DNA from: Chrysomallon squamiferum
Lineage: Eukaryota; Animalia; Mollusca
Assembly: GCA_012295275.1 (NCBI GenBank)
Contig: CM022665.1
Span: forward strand, 31,186,001-31,250,000
DNA length: 64,000 nucleotides
Reading direction: 5' to 3'
In this document: positions 30,966 to 46,530 of the stretch, piece after piece
How positions within the stretch are numbered: position 1 is the first letter of the stretch
Layout: each line of letters begins with the position of its first letter
Translations under genes and position numbers: made by a program
The notes under the pieces: model-generated
What the model was told of the DNA's origin: nothing
The model's input: only the letters and a program-made list of their open reading frames with translations
Databases searched by the model: none

Positions 30966-31010
<45 letters not shown>

Positions 31011-34000
31011 TGCACATGCACATACACATATATCACTATTTAGGCCTTTAATGACCTTTGATGACCTCTACTGGCAACCTCAGTTTTCAGTCTTTTATGC
31101 CAGCATAAAAGGCATCCACAGACACTTGATCAATATACCTCAGGGTATTCGCCCATGAAACAACAGACTGAGTGAAGTCCTCTAGAGAAACAATGTCATT
31201 AAGTCTAGTTATAATGGCTATCAACTGCAGACCAATGACAAAACATAGCACTGGGCAAACACATTTCAGTGCCAAACTGCTTAAATATGATGTCTGTAAA
31301 ATCCATACATTTCTCTTACAATATAGTTTTAGACATAGATAGATAAATAGTATAATACATACATACATAATCAGGGAATAACTAGCTACTACTGTCTTAA
31401 GGTATCACCTTTATCCTGTGAAGGTTAGAATGGCATATGCAAAAAGATAATAAAATGAGACAAAATGGGTTAATGTGATTTTTAATTAGTAACTCTTCAA
31501 TAAATTCTGTTTAAAAGCAACCAAGCAACACAACTTTTCAAAATGACACTTCTGGATAATTACATAATAATGAGGATGCTGGCCTTTAATCTGTGTTGCT
31601 TAGTTACAATAGGAAGAAAGCCATACACATAATTTAAGCCTGTAATTAGCTGCAATAAATCCAATAAGCTGATTTGACTTTGTGAGATCAGAGACCTTTG
31701 CATTTGTGCAGATGATTCTGAGAATAATTTGAAGTTCTTAGCAGAAATAGGAATTACCATTTTAATAAGTAAACAAACAAAGATAAGTAAACATTACAAA
31801 CTATATTATTAATGAAGTATTACAAATTAAAACACTGAAAGCTACAGAATTAATAGTTTTAATTAACAAGTTTTTTTAATAAGTAAATCTGGCCATCTTG
31901 ACCACTTGAGAGTTTAAAAAATAATGATCTGAACACACACACACTACTATTTTTGTTTTGTTATTATTATTTTCTTTCCCCTAGTAAATTAATGTGAGAC
32001 CTAGATGTTTAAGTCATCAGTATTTCCATGTAAATCAAAATAAGAAAAATTATATTGATACATTATTTTTTTTTATATATATACAAACTGAAATATTTAA
32101 ATATTCCACATATATTTCTATACATATATTAAGATATTTGAGTATTTTACATTAATACTTAAGAAATTTCTGTAGTATTCTAAATATTCTAACATTAATA
32201 CATACTGCAATTTTCAACACAGATTAAAATATATTTCAGTACATGTGGAACTTCTACATATTGTAAATTAGATGAGAAAGCCATTTAAAACATTAAATTT
32301 TAATATGGCTAAATATATAAAGATTGATTACAATAAAACAAAATAAAGAAATAAAAATAAACTTTTTAAAATTCATAATCATTAACATCACTAACATTTT
32401 ATGTCATTTCCACATCAATGAACTGGATTTAATTCCAGTTTATATTTTTTCTGATTTACTACATGTCAAAGAATTAACAGATGTCAATATAATATGCATT
32501 ATTAGAGATGTGGATTTAGGTCAGCCACATTAAATAAGAAAAATGAAAAAGAAAAAAGCTCAATTTTGTCTTCTTTTTTGATTATCCTGTCTCTTACAAT
32601 TATACAGATTTAAGGAAAAGGCAACAAACATTTATAACTTCTAATAAATATCACATTCATCTGTGTGTCTGTCTGTTTTTTATAGAGATCTGAATAAACT
32701 GTACTTGAAATAAAACCAAAGTCTGTATCTGTCTGATTTAATGATTTGAAGTATTAAGCTCATAAGCAAAGAGTATTTCTTCAAAAAAAAAAACTTATTT
32801 TAGAATCATAATTAATATTACATCCCAATAAAACATTTTTTATATGTATCTACCTACCTATTACATTTACTGTAAAAAAAAAAAAAAAAAAAAAAATTAA
32901 AAATCATTAAAAAAACAAGCAAAAAACCTCACAAAAAGGGATTTTTTTCTTTCTTAAGGAATAAAACCTATAACTTAGATATGGCAAATCTAACCATAAG
33001 CACATATTTAACCTATATATTTTAAAAAACACACAGATATGCACACAAATAGACACACAAAACACACACACACACACACTAAATACAAATCAGAAAGAAA
33101 GACATAAAACAATTATTTAAATACTGACACCACCATATTCTAAGTAAACTTTAAAAAATGTCTGAGTCTGAATCCTTGGTCCTGAGAATATTAATAATTT
33201 GAAAAGTCTGGAAATGTAAGGGCAATCAATAAGATCTCACACAACAGTTGTATCTGTCTACATGTCTTTCCTAATATCTGTAAAAACAAAATATCAATAA
33301 TCCTCACACTTTTCAAAACAGAAATGTAATTTTTTGTATTATGTGCCACAGATGCAAAGATACCAAACATATAAATTAATAGTAATAACTGATTTTATAC
33401 AGAAATAAAAACAAATACGTTAATAACTGTAATAGTACCATTAGTAAAAATAACAATAATAGTAATAACTAATAATAATCAATGTTATAACATTAATGGC
33501 CACAACAGCAACAGTAATAAATGTAATAACAGTATACAAGTAATGATGATGATAACAGTAATAATAATAAGAAGAGAAATGATGTTGATAATAAAACAAA
33601 TAATAATGATAACAACAAACAATGGAATTGATAGTAATTGCTATGTGTTAATACAAAGGCCTACTTTCTTATTCTATACCTGCTGGTTTGGTCTGTCTTT
33701 CACATAACCTTTGGAAGTCCATATTTCAAAAATTCCATAATATACTTTTAAGTTTCGAAACATCTAAGTATGAAATTATTTCCAAATATATACATGCTAT
33801 ATAACTGTAATCATACCAGCCTATAGTAAGATTTGTGGAAGCTTTTTATGTATATAAAATTGTTCCCATAAATGCACACTGATCTAATTTCTTGTAACAG
33901 TTTTGGGTTTGACATAAACCTCAGGCACCAGGTTCACTAAATTCTGTTATACAGTTATACAGGGTTATTATAAAATCCTTGTGCAATTTTAAATTATTGT

Positions 34001-37000
34001 AACTTCTAGTCTATGCATTACAGAAATGATCAGTAAAAAGGAAAAGAGAAAACTATTTTTTGAACCTTAAATATATTTGTTGTTGCAAGTCTCAATTTTC
34101 AACATTACCACCATCCTTATGGATGCAAATCATGATACAATTCTGAAATTATAGAAATACATTTTGTAGTTAATTTTTGGTTATACCATAGTGACAGAAC
34201 TATAAAATAACTCCATAAGAATGTGAATATTATTTCATGTATAAAGGTAATCTGAGAGAACAACAAAATTAACAACCCATCAGTTATTTTTTTCACTTTG
34301 CTGCAAAGCTTTTGAAAACACTCTTTCCCAAACATATATACCAAACAACTTTTGACAAAACATATCGGGCACAAGCTGCAATTTGGGCAATGGTTGCATC
34401 ATAATAAAGCAAAAAGGACCATTGGCAAGGATTGATTATATAACCTATAATATCTCAACAGTAACTATTCAGCTACAGATACTTCCCTTTGTTAATAGAA
34501 AAATAGATGTCATGCCTATGTTTAACCGATTATAAGACAACACTGGAATGTAAATATCCCATAAAGGCAATTAGAAGATCAAAGAAGCACTGTTAGAATT
34601 ATAAATGCATTATCTTTCCTTAAACTGAACCAAAACACCAAGGATAAAACAACACTCTAACCAATGGGCTACAACCCACTCTGATAAGTTGTAAAGCAAT
34701 CAATAACATCATCACAGTCTTAACAGCATCCCATTACCCGACTGCTTGCTTGTCCTGTGAAGCACATCTTGTTGCAGCATGCAACAACGATCCACTTGAA
34801 CATACTAGCGTATTTTTCAATCAATACTTCTCTGAAACTATCTTCCTGTGAGAGCATTTAGTTCTCAAAATGAGCAACACACTGTCAAGTGTGAAGATGA
34901 ATTTTATGAAGTTGTTTATAAATGAATTAAATGAAGGTATCTGCTAAACTAATGATCAAAAACATTTAAATAAATTAAAAATAAAAATAAATGTTTCTTT
35001 AAGATGATCAGTTCTGTTTATTTATTTTTGTTTTGTTTTTGTTTACAAACAAATTTTAAAGAAAATTTATAAAATTTATAAAATTTGTCAAGTTATTTTG
35101 CTACAACAAAGACAGATCTAGTATTTCAGAAAAAGTAAAATTTGTCATTATGGTGGATATATATTAATTATGAAAATAAAGAGCTGGAACACAAAGATAT
35201 ATAATTAAAATCAGACAGCAAATAATAACATTTGCTATTATAGGTGTACACAGTCACTCCTGAATCTACATAAGTTACTGGTATTCAATGAATCGAATAA
35301 ACACAATTTAAAAATAATAATAATAATAAAATAATTTAAACAATAAAATCAAAACTAACCTACCACAAAGTAATGAAACACTAATCAAGAATTAATTCTA
35401 TTCCACAAAACTTTAATAATTTAATACTGATGATAATTCTTTTCATCTCACTATGATATCTTGCTAAAAATTAAAATCTAACTCAATAATTCTTTTCCAC
35501 TTGATACGATACCCTGCTTAAATATAAAAAATCTAACAGCAAACCCTTACACGTTTTCTGTAGAATTCGATTAAATCAACAGAGATAAACGTTATTAATA
35601 GCATTTACACTTTACAGAGAGGAATAAAATTCACTCTTAGAGAAATAGTGTTGGGCTGCAAGTGACAAGTTAACTAAACTGACAGGTAACTATACAAATT
35701 AATAAATGTAACATCCATCACAACTGAGAAGAGACATTGAAAAAACTAACTTTTTAATATAAATTATTGGATAGTTTCAAGACTCCATCATGGGATTCGA
35801 ATTATTTCATATTCAGATAAAATTAGTTAAGATATTATGATTCTTTCTGAGGATATGGTTTCATTTCTTGAAAATCTTCTGTAGCCTTGTTATTGTCAAC
35901 TTCTATTATTTTTCCATGTTTAAAAATTTTGCTATACAATGGTAATATCTGTCTTTATGGTGAAAAGGTTAACAATGTTAACAAAACTTAATTGAAATAA
36001 TTAATAAAGAAATCCATATATACATTCACATATATAATATATAAATATACTGTAAAACATGAAATTAATGCATTATAAAATAATGCGCCACCACAACTAT
36101 GAAAAATGTGTGTATTAATTAATGCGTGGACCATAAAACAACTTGTTTACTTGGTTTATGTTTACAGTGAAAAGGCAACAAGCTAATTGTCATACAGTAA
36201 CTGTGAATGCTAGGTAGGTTTTGCATAATGCCATTTTATTGTTGTGAAAAGAACTTGCCACAAGTTCTACATGTATTACTCAATGATGTTATTCAATAAG
36301 TTACGAGTTGGCACATTTAACTCACTGTTAAACTAAACTACCTATATATAGAGAGTAACCTATTTATTGTTTTATCCAATATTTGTAATCATGTGGAAAT
36401 ACATTCATGTTTCGAGTAACGTGAAGATAGGTTTGCTGGATGAAAATGTCAACAAAACTGTAGTAAAACACAGCAAAACCCTTGAAACAGTTGTTAGTCA
36501 CTGTAGGGTTGGATAAACAAAAACAAGTGAACAGCCAACTTTATTTTGGCAATTTAGAAATGCTTGATAAATTAATGTGTCAAATACCTGTATGCATTTT
36601 TCACATTAGTTTTTCTCTCACATTAATTTCATGTTTTACAGTATACATAATTATTTTCTATATAAAACTGTTTCCCATACTGGTTCAAATTTCCTTGAGC
36701 AACTTAGATATATTTTGTGAATATTTCAATAATCTTGAATTTTTTTTGGCTACTTAGTGAGTGATGATTCAGTATTTGAAATATCAAATTTTTGTGTTAT
36801 TAAGGCAGTGTCAGAGACTATGTCTTCAAACAGCTTCAGACAAACAAAAAAAAAACCCTGTAACAACAATAAATAAATTTTAAAAACTACTATGAGACTA
36901 ACATGAATAGTTGGTAGTTATAAAGAAAACTATGGCTACCAAGCTTTTACTAACCAGTGAAATTAATCCAAATGTAACATATGTTAAACATGATTAGTCA

Positions 37001-38495
37001 ATAATTTATATATTGAAATTTAATCTACAATTAAATCAAGATTTATGTTATAATAATTTTAAAATGTTATAATTGTTGTTGTTGTTATTAGTATTACTGT
37101 TACTTTTATTGTGCATTATTATTATACTTATTATCATTATTATTAAGTTGTTTTTAATATTATCATTTATTGTTACTGTTGTATTATATTACCAATATCT
37201 GCATTAAATTTGAAAATATATGCAATCTGAGAAGATTTGCTATTAACATATGTCAGTAAAAACTGACATGGGATAAACTTTCATGCACAGAAGCAATAAA
37301 TAAATTTCCATTTATATTAATCCAGTGAATAAATGCACAACCAAAAATGTAATCTGGAGCAATCATACATCTAACCTTTTGTTTTATTTATTTTAATATT
37401 ATTTTTCATCTTTTTTCATAATTTTTATTTTTAATCTAGACACTGTAGGCTGTTTTTACAAAGCTCAGTTTGGTTTTATAAACACATGTACCAATAATTC
37501 ATAGCACTATATATTTAAGAAAAACAGTTTTATAAATAAAAGCTGATGCAAATAAATAACCTTCATTCATTTTATATACATACTTGAGATTATTTTATTT
37601 TTTCATAGTTACAATTCTTTGTTAATATTAAAGTAGACAGTAAAATATTAAGCCAGAGAAGATATGTGTATGATGTAATTGTTCCTCTTTTTTTTATGTC
37701 ATCACTCTATAGATAAAAAATACATATACATAAGAGAAAAATGCCATCATCTGTGCATCCTTATTTTAAATGTTACCTTTTGTTAGCAAAGCTGATGCAC
37801 AATAACATACTCATTAGAAAGCATATAAGATATTTTTAGTCCATATGTTTATACAGCGAAAGTTAAATAATGTAAAACAAACTATACTTTAAGATACTTC
37901 TAGGTAATAAGAACAAGTTTAAAACAAATAAAAAAAGTTATGACATGAATACAAGTAATAGATTTACAATGCCATCCATATTTATAGGATTATTGTTTAA
38001 ACATCAAAATTTAACACCTGTGCTGAGAAACAAACTGTAACAATATTTCTAAATAAGATTTCTATAATATATCATACATCTAAAAAGCCATTTAGAAAAA
38101 TTGTTAACATATGTTGGTTCCTTCAAACCAAAATACTGCAAAAAGAATGATCAAAACCATATACATCATGTAGAAAAACAAACCCTTTTTAGTCTAATAA
38201 TCAATACAACTGATGAAATCCATTCATGTCAATAAAACAATAATCAAGTGAATATTTTCTGAGAATTGACAGTATACCACAATGGCATAACCAAATCAAT
38301 ATGAAGCCTTCTGGATGCTTGTTCCCCTTGGCAACCAGATCTCAGCCAATGACGTAAATATGTCCACTTGATTCTGACTCGAGCCAGGCAATATCAACTG
38401 ACATCGAAGATTTTCAAAACAATTTTGTGTAATGAAACTTTGATGAAATAAAGAGAGACTTCTACTGAAATATTTACTAAGAATTGGGAAAAAAA

Positions 38496-38830
38496 GGTTG
38501 ATGAATGTGAGTGTAGTCTAAAAATGATTGATGAAAATAAGAATGGTGTAAAAAATTGTTTAGTATGATAGTGGCAAAAATATGGTTGATAAATATAAAG
38601 ATGGCGAAAAAATGGTTGATGAATATGATAATGAAAACATGGTTGATGAATATAAAGGTGGTGAGAAATGGTTGATGAATATGATGATGATAAATGGTTG
38701 ATGAATGTGATGGTGAGAAATGTTTGATGAATATAAGGATGGTGAAAAAATGTTTATTGAATATGAGGACAGGAGAAAAAAGTTGATGAATATGAAGTTG
38801 AAAAAAAAAGGTTGATAATTATGAGAGTGG
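38496..38830. repeat. Minisatellite, unit about 22-27 bp (aaaatggttgatgaatat(g/a)a..gtg)
   Basis: ggttgatgaatat recurs about a dozen times with variants. Confidence 0.88.
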
Positions 38831-41800
38831 CATAAAAGAAGTACAAATTTTGCTGTTAACTACAACATCAGAAAAATTAAGCCTGAGAAATTGTTAGATG
38901 ACAAAAACCAGTGGATCACACTAACTGTTAATTTGTCAGAACAAACCTTTCTGAACAATCACCATGGTAACAGTTCAATTAACCCACATATACCATATGG
39001 TGTATTAAGTCAATATATTTATTCTTCCTTAGGTGGTGTGTTGAATTTTTTATTTGTTATAATTAAATAAAAACCATATGGTGTTTGGGGTTTTTTGTAT
39101 TTGTTTCCCCAAATTGATAAAATTGTAAGTCAATAATTATATACCAATGGATACTGATGTAAAATTAAAAAACTTCATTACACTTTTATGCTACAAAGTT
39201 TTAGATTACATTCTAAAAATAAGTAAACCTTATTAAAAAAATTAACATTTGGTGTATTTAACACATTAACAATACTTTTAAACACAAAGATAGTTATGTT
39301 TTATTTTGATACAATTTGTGATAATATTTTTTTCCTAATGAAAGCAAATAATGAGTTATAATTTTTTTAAAGTTTCATAAGCCTGACTGGAACAATAATA
39401 ATAATGCATATTGTAATAACAACAATAAATATAATAATATTAATAATAAAATAATAACAATAGTAATTTAACAAAATATTAATTCTTCCAAAAGAAACTA
39501 TTCAAAGCAGAATAACAGTGGATTAGCAATGTTAAATTTTGTTGTTCCTTAAAAAACGACTTTAATTGTTTATTAACATACTACACTCTTCAAGACAAAC
39601 ATCCTAAAACAGAGCAATATTCAGTTAAATTAAAAAGTCTCTATAAATGATCACTGCAATAATCTGGTTCCATTGTAATTATTTTATTTTTTCAATATTG
39701 CCATTTATTTTCTAAGTAAATGCCAATAGAAAATGCACAACAAATTACTTAACTGGTCACAAATTAACAATGAGAAAAAGGTTACAACACTAATATCAAT
39801 GGCACTCTAATTCAGAAGTAACAACAGGATTTTTTCTAAAATCAAGTGCTATTAAACTGCAACAAGTTATAGTCTCTTCATTATAATATACATGTACACA
39901 GATATGTTAAACTTACAGTTACAAATATTAGATTTGCATACTAAGGAAAGGTGGTGTTCTCTGTTCATAATATACTATCAACATGTTAATTGTTAAACTT
40001 TATATTTAAAAAAATCCAATAATATCATACATCTCTATGCAGCTAAATTTAATTTGGTTCTCTAAAATATATTACACTGTACATTTGTACACATATACAT
40101 ACACACATATATACCTAGATACTATAGTACTATTATTATTATTATTATTAAATCTTTTTGTTTATAGCTGTAAACAACAAAAACTGTACACTTTAATTAG
40201 AAATGATTCCAAATTCAACTTAGTTCAAAAATATTTTACAGACATATTAATTATTAATCTTCATATTAAACAAACAACAAATATTACTCAACTATTTAGA
40301 AAACAAAATAAATCTCTGACCACTGTAGTATTTTAAACATGTAAATTAAAAACAATAAAATAAATAAATAATAATAATTAACTCAGTATGAAAAACAATT
40401 TGATATTCCACAATAGTAAAGTACTGTAAATTAAATATTTTGTTAGGACCTGTGTATTTATTTTTAATTGAAAAAACATTGTAAATTTAGATTTATTAAC
40501 ATTTTGTAACTACATAATCATCAAGAATTATACCAATTAAAAACTATATGGCAAATTTATATCCTTAAATATTTTATATTCAAAGAATCATTAAATGTTG
40601 CCTATAAACAATACTTGTAATGATTAAAAATCAATTTAACAAATACAACATATGTCACATATCAAATCTATTTAACATTTTATATTAAAAGATTGTTAAA
40701 ATATTTAAATATTTCAATTTTGATTTCAAAACATACTTAAATAAGACAAATATTAATTAATAACAATAGACTGGATTTAAGAACTGTTAACATTTTATAA
40801 AGACATAAAACAAATATTTCAATTTTCTTTTTGAATTATACAAATTCTCAAATTTATTATCAATTAATATTTTTAACTATATAATTATGAAGTTTATTTT
40901 CACTATCAATATGGGATTTTCAATCTAAAGGCAAAAGTAGAACTATTCTAGAAGTGGACAATACCCAGGTACCATACTGGACTGATGAAAACATGACGAT
41001 ACACCAGAGATTCAGTGCTAAAATGATCACCAGAGGAACAAGAAAAGTCAAAACCATGACTATTTTCATAGCAATTAAACATATTTAAGAGGCTAATGTA
41101 TAAATTATACATACAGAAAACTAAAATAAATTAAAAACTATATCACACACTGATAGATAAAAGCAGTATATATAGATATAGATATATAAATTTATAAATA
41201 ATATTATAATTACATTACCTGTGGTTTTGATAATTAATAGTTTATCATTTTTAAAATCTGCACAAAATGCCACCATCAAAATAAGTTCAAAATGAAGCTG
41301 CAAACATATCTCACTGGTTTTAAAAACGTTCACTAGACATCACAGAAAATGACAATCACAATACGTTATACACAATTTAGTGAATGTCATGTGTTGCAGT
41401 ACACCACAACAAGAGCTATGATAAAAACATGCTTACCATGGCATATCAAAAATAGCCATCCATTCACTGTGACTTACAATTTTATTCTATGAATACAATA
41501 AGACACAAACTCACTGACCTCGGAGGAAAGAAAAAGGTCATGCATGACAAAGAGTAACAATGTATATTTACTGACAAAAAAAATACTGTTTTTAACCCCC
41601 CCATACAAGATGCTTATGGCAAAAAGATGCATTATTTAAGAAGCTTCATGCAAATTTAATTATGTCCTGAAAATCATTAACATCTCACATTTGATTGCAA
41701 ATAAGAACATGTGTTACAGTCAAAAATAACCTTTTTTTTTCTTTCTTTTTTTGAAAATAACTAACCAACAAAGTGATAGTATTAAAAGTTTTTTTTTTTT

Positions 41801-42405
41801 TAAATTATAATGTCTGTGTATATGTAACCACACACAGAGAATTACTGAAACCCTTGCATTTTAATAAATATATAAACTGCACAATTCATGAAAACTGAAT
41901 TTGGCTTATATAACACACACCTGTTGACATAAAGCTTTTTAATTACAGAAGTACATACATAAAGCTAGACAATTATCACATGTATGTTAGCCCTGTTATT
42001 TACTAGATGTTCTTATACTGAGTAGTGGTATCTGCTGATTAACAAAATGGCAGTATTACAATTTGCACAATTTAACTTGAAATATCAAAACAACAGTTTA
42101 GATGTCTTTTGTTAATTCATTAGATATCATTTAGATAAAATAAACTGTCTAGATTCACACACACACACACATACACAAATCTTTGTGTATTTGTATGTGG
42201 AATCTATGTGTACATGCAAGTGTATGACTACAGTTTATTAAATTGCTAGTTTTGTTCAGTGTCCCCAAAATGCTAACTGTAGCTGATAATATACCAGAGA
42301 TAACCACTTAGAACGTGTGTCACACTTCCTATGTAACACTGACTCAGCTAATCAGCCTCCTTTTCATTCTCACTGTTAATAACCACCTGTCAACAAAATA
42401 TGATT

Positions 42406-42438
<33 letters not shown>

Positions 42439-44096
42439 GTAATATTATAAAACTTAATTAGATCAGAATGCTTGGATAAAATAATTTCAACTCTACTAAC
42501 ATATTTTTTTTTTTTTTTATAAAGGAAAACCTCACAGATCCTTTGTCAAACACTTATACACATCGACACATGAAAACTAACACAGTTACTCATATGTCTT
42601 TTTTAAATCAGCTTTCAGTATTAAACATAAAGATTAAAAAAATAATAATAATAAAATATATATATAATAATTAAGGAAAATTAAAATAAGATGTAATCAA
42701 ATCCTTGAGAATTTTTATCATGCTGCAGTATTAAGATGACAACAAAACCTTGATTTCTTCAGTATCAACATAACAAGATGTTCAAGTATCAAGGACTATA
42801 CATACATATAATATATACATATTTTCACATATATATAATACTTACAGATTTATACACATATATACATACAGTGATACATATACATGTATGATACCATACA
42901 TTATAAATAATCAGAATGTAAAACATATAAAATATATATAATTAATGTGTATCCAAATAATAATACACTCATTAACATAATCACATACACAGACATTCTG
43001 AAAATGACACATATGTTGTAATTTAATTTTTGCAAACTTTGTTTCAGACCATTAATATTATGTATTTAACTAATATAATTAAACAAGTAACCAAAATCTA
43101 AATGCCTAATATGTAACTATAATATCAAGAATGCTAAGTACAACAAGAAACCAAATTTCCTTACAACCAAGACATTCAGATGCCATGACAGAAAAATTCC
43201 ACTAGTTTTTTAAGTGTGAATAATATGCAAGCAAAAGAAAAATGTACTGTATTCCAAAATTAATTAAATCTTTTTAAAATCAAACAACTGCAGTGAAAAC
43301 TAACTATACTGTTTATTTGTTTTTATATTACATCAAGCAGAATTATGTGACCACCATCCAAAATGAAAACCTGTTTAGAGAGAGAGGCCAAAAAAAAAAA
43401 TCAATAAACATTCCTAGTAAAGAGTCAAGATATATTATTCACAGATTGCCTGTCTGTTAACCGTAGAAGAAAACTTACCAAAATTCACCACAAAAACACC
43501 TAAGAATATTGTCCACACAATGAAATCCAATATCAAAAAAAAGAAAGAAGTTGTTTTATTTTCTTTTATCACTGTGAGGAAAAAGGTGGATGGTTTAAAA
43601 CTCCACACAACAGACTGTTCACTGGATTTTCGTCACCATCACTCCTGTCCAACACTTGCTGCTGATCAATAAGCTGAAGGCATCATGGGTAAAGTCTCTG
43701 ATTAGCTGCTGTGGATGCTTGGTTACAAAATGAAGGGAAGTGATTATGTTAATTATTGGAGGGGGATAAACGTGACAGCAGAGGAGAGTGTCATAAACAT
43801 CAACTGTTCAGAAACAAACAGTTCGTGAAGTGTGAATTTTCTGAATACTACAACATATGTGAATAAAATGTACCTCAAGGTTTTAAAATTAGTCACATTT
43901 GCTTCAGTCAGATTAAATTAAACTTGAAACATTCTCCATGGCTTCAGTGTTAAAGAGTTATTCTTATTATAACTATATATTACATTTGGATTAGAATAAT
44001 ATACACTAACAGCAATTTAATTATGGTTGTTGATATTTGATCTCAACTGATTTTTAAAATCACACGTGTGTTTGTGTGTGTGTGTGTATATATACA

Positions 44097-44128
<32 letters not shown>

Positions 44129-45857
44129 ACTACATATATATATATATATATTTGTATATGTGTGTGTGTGTGTGCATGGTTGTATGCATGCCATATTATC
44201 AACTGTGATTGCATTGCACCTATAAATAACAAGATGAAAACAGGTTATCTTTACAAGTACTCGATACTGCTCTTAAATGTAATACTAATTCTTTACTTAA
44301 CTAATAATTATTATAACTACACTCAGAAAAAAAACATTTCGAAATATTGTTAATTATATTGTTTGCTACAGATATATTTAATTTTGGACAGAAAATTGCC
44401 AGTTATAATATACAATAATGTCTGTACATTAATTATAACTATACTAGGGAAAATAAAGTTTTGAAATTTTGTTATTATTTGCACTACTAGATAGATTTGT
44501 GTGATAGATATTTATTGTATTATAATGTACAGTATCAATTATAGCTAAACATATACGAAAAAGCAAAGAAATTTTGAAATTTTAACTGAACCTGTATGTG
44601 ACTGTCATTATATTTAATTCTATACAGAAAAATGTAATTATAACATACAGTATTATCTATTCATTTCCCATATGTCTGTACAATAATCATAATTATACTT
44701 ATGCAAAGAGGTTTAGCAATTTACTCATTTAAACTGAATTGTAACTGTACCTACATATGACAGTTATTATATTTAATTCTATACAGAAAAATATAATTAT
44801 ATATACAATAATCATAACAATATTCAGATAAACACATTTACTAATATTTGTTATTTTGGATATAAAAAAGAAGAAAAAGAAGAAAAAACTGAAACATGTG
44901 GAAAGAAAGTATTACATTTTGGGTCAAACATTATCTGAACTTTAAGCATATTAAAAGAAATTTTATGATTTGGTACAGCTAATAACTCACTGTATGCTTG
45001 TGTCTGTGGCAAGGATTTCTTGCTGCTAACAACTAAAAGTAACCTAATGAATTACAGCAACAAGTTTCTTTTTATTTGTCATCATCCTCATTACAGAAAA
45101 GATACATGTTCAGTACCAGGTAAAAATAAAAAATATCCTAATAGTTTTATAAATAGTTCAATCACCTTTCTAAAGCTGATATAAGGTATTGATTAGGTAT
45201 CAAAAATCTTGTTTTCATTGTGACAACTTTCAGTATGATAAATTACTTTGACAAACCTCTTCTTTCAGTTATTGAATGAAAAAACAAAGATAATTAATTC
45301 TTGAAAATACCTTCAAATAGGAAAAGATACTGTTAAAGCAATACTTCAAAAAGGCAAAGGGTAGATTTGTGTGAGAAAATGTGTACGTGTGTGTGTGTGT
45401 GTGTGTGATACTGTTACCATGACCACCGTCCTTTATAACATTGATTTATACATATATGCAAGCATGATACACTTTATATATTTTACCATATATATGCATG
45501 TATGTATGTGTATAGTTAGGTAGTGAAATATGTCTTTATCTCTCAAAGGTACATAGGCAGGTAGGTATGTAAATATCTGTTTGGTTTATATGTGTGTGTA
45601 TATATTTATAAGCAAACAACAGTGTGTGTTCATTTAAAATACTTTTTTCTTCAAACAAAGACAAAAATAATATCCTACAGGCTATTTTAGATGATCTATT
45701 TATGAAAATATGAAAAATTAAAAATGTAATTAGCAAATGAAGATGACTTAAAATTCAAAAAAAAAAAATAATAAATAGAAAAGTTACTTATTTAACTATA
45801 TTGTTATTTAAAAAATTATTTTAAAATTTTATATTTCAAATATGTGTATAAGCACAC

Positions 45858-45899
<42 letters not shown>

Positions 45900-46025
45900 G
45901 AGAAAAAAAAGATATCCTTATAATTTTTTATGGTTATCATGTGTATTTGTAAAAGTCAGAACATAATTATTCCAAACATTTAGGATATAATATATAATAT
46001 TAAAATATATTATAAAACCCTTTGA

Positions 46026-46530
46026 AATGCTACAAAACATTAGAACATTTCAACAAATCACTGGAATATATTAGAGAATAACAGGATATATTACCAGACA
46101 TTAAAACAAATTGCAAAATGTTAGAACATATTACAGAATATTAGGATATTTTACAAAACATTAAAACATACTATGTCATATAATAAAATATTACAACATA
46201 TTAGAAAATACATTAGACAATATTATGTAATCATCACATATTTACAAAACATTAGAATATATTACAGAATATTAGGATACATTCCAAAACATTACAGCAT
46301 ATTATTACATATTAGAATATGAACAGAACAGTAGAACAGTTAAAAAATGGAAAATACTGCCAAACATTAGGACATTTTGCTAAACATTAGAACATATTGT
46401 CAAGCATTAAAACATACTGCCAAATATTGGAACATGTTGCAAAACATTATAACATACTGCAAAAAATTAGAACATATTACAAAACTGAACATATAGCAAA
46501 TACTTAGAGCACATTACAAAATGCCAGGAT
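46026..46530. repeat. Degenerate minisatellite, unit about 20 bp (acattagaacatattacaaa)
   Basis: Recurrent (c)attagaacata(t/c)t units; a related decayed array lies at about 46780-46945. Confidence 0.85.

Noticed and set aside
38496-38830. Regularly recurring motif superficially like a CRISPR array
   Set aside because: Eukaryotic DNA, degenerate short units without unique spacers, and no cas genes: it is a minisatellite.
44580-44800. Local 160-bp-spaced duplication (ttatatttaattctatacagaaaaat at about 44608 and 44768)
   Set aside because: Ordinary decayed tandem duplication in non-coding DNA.
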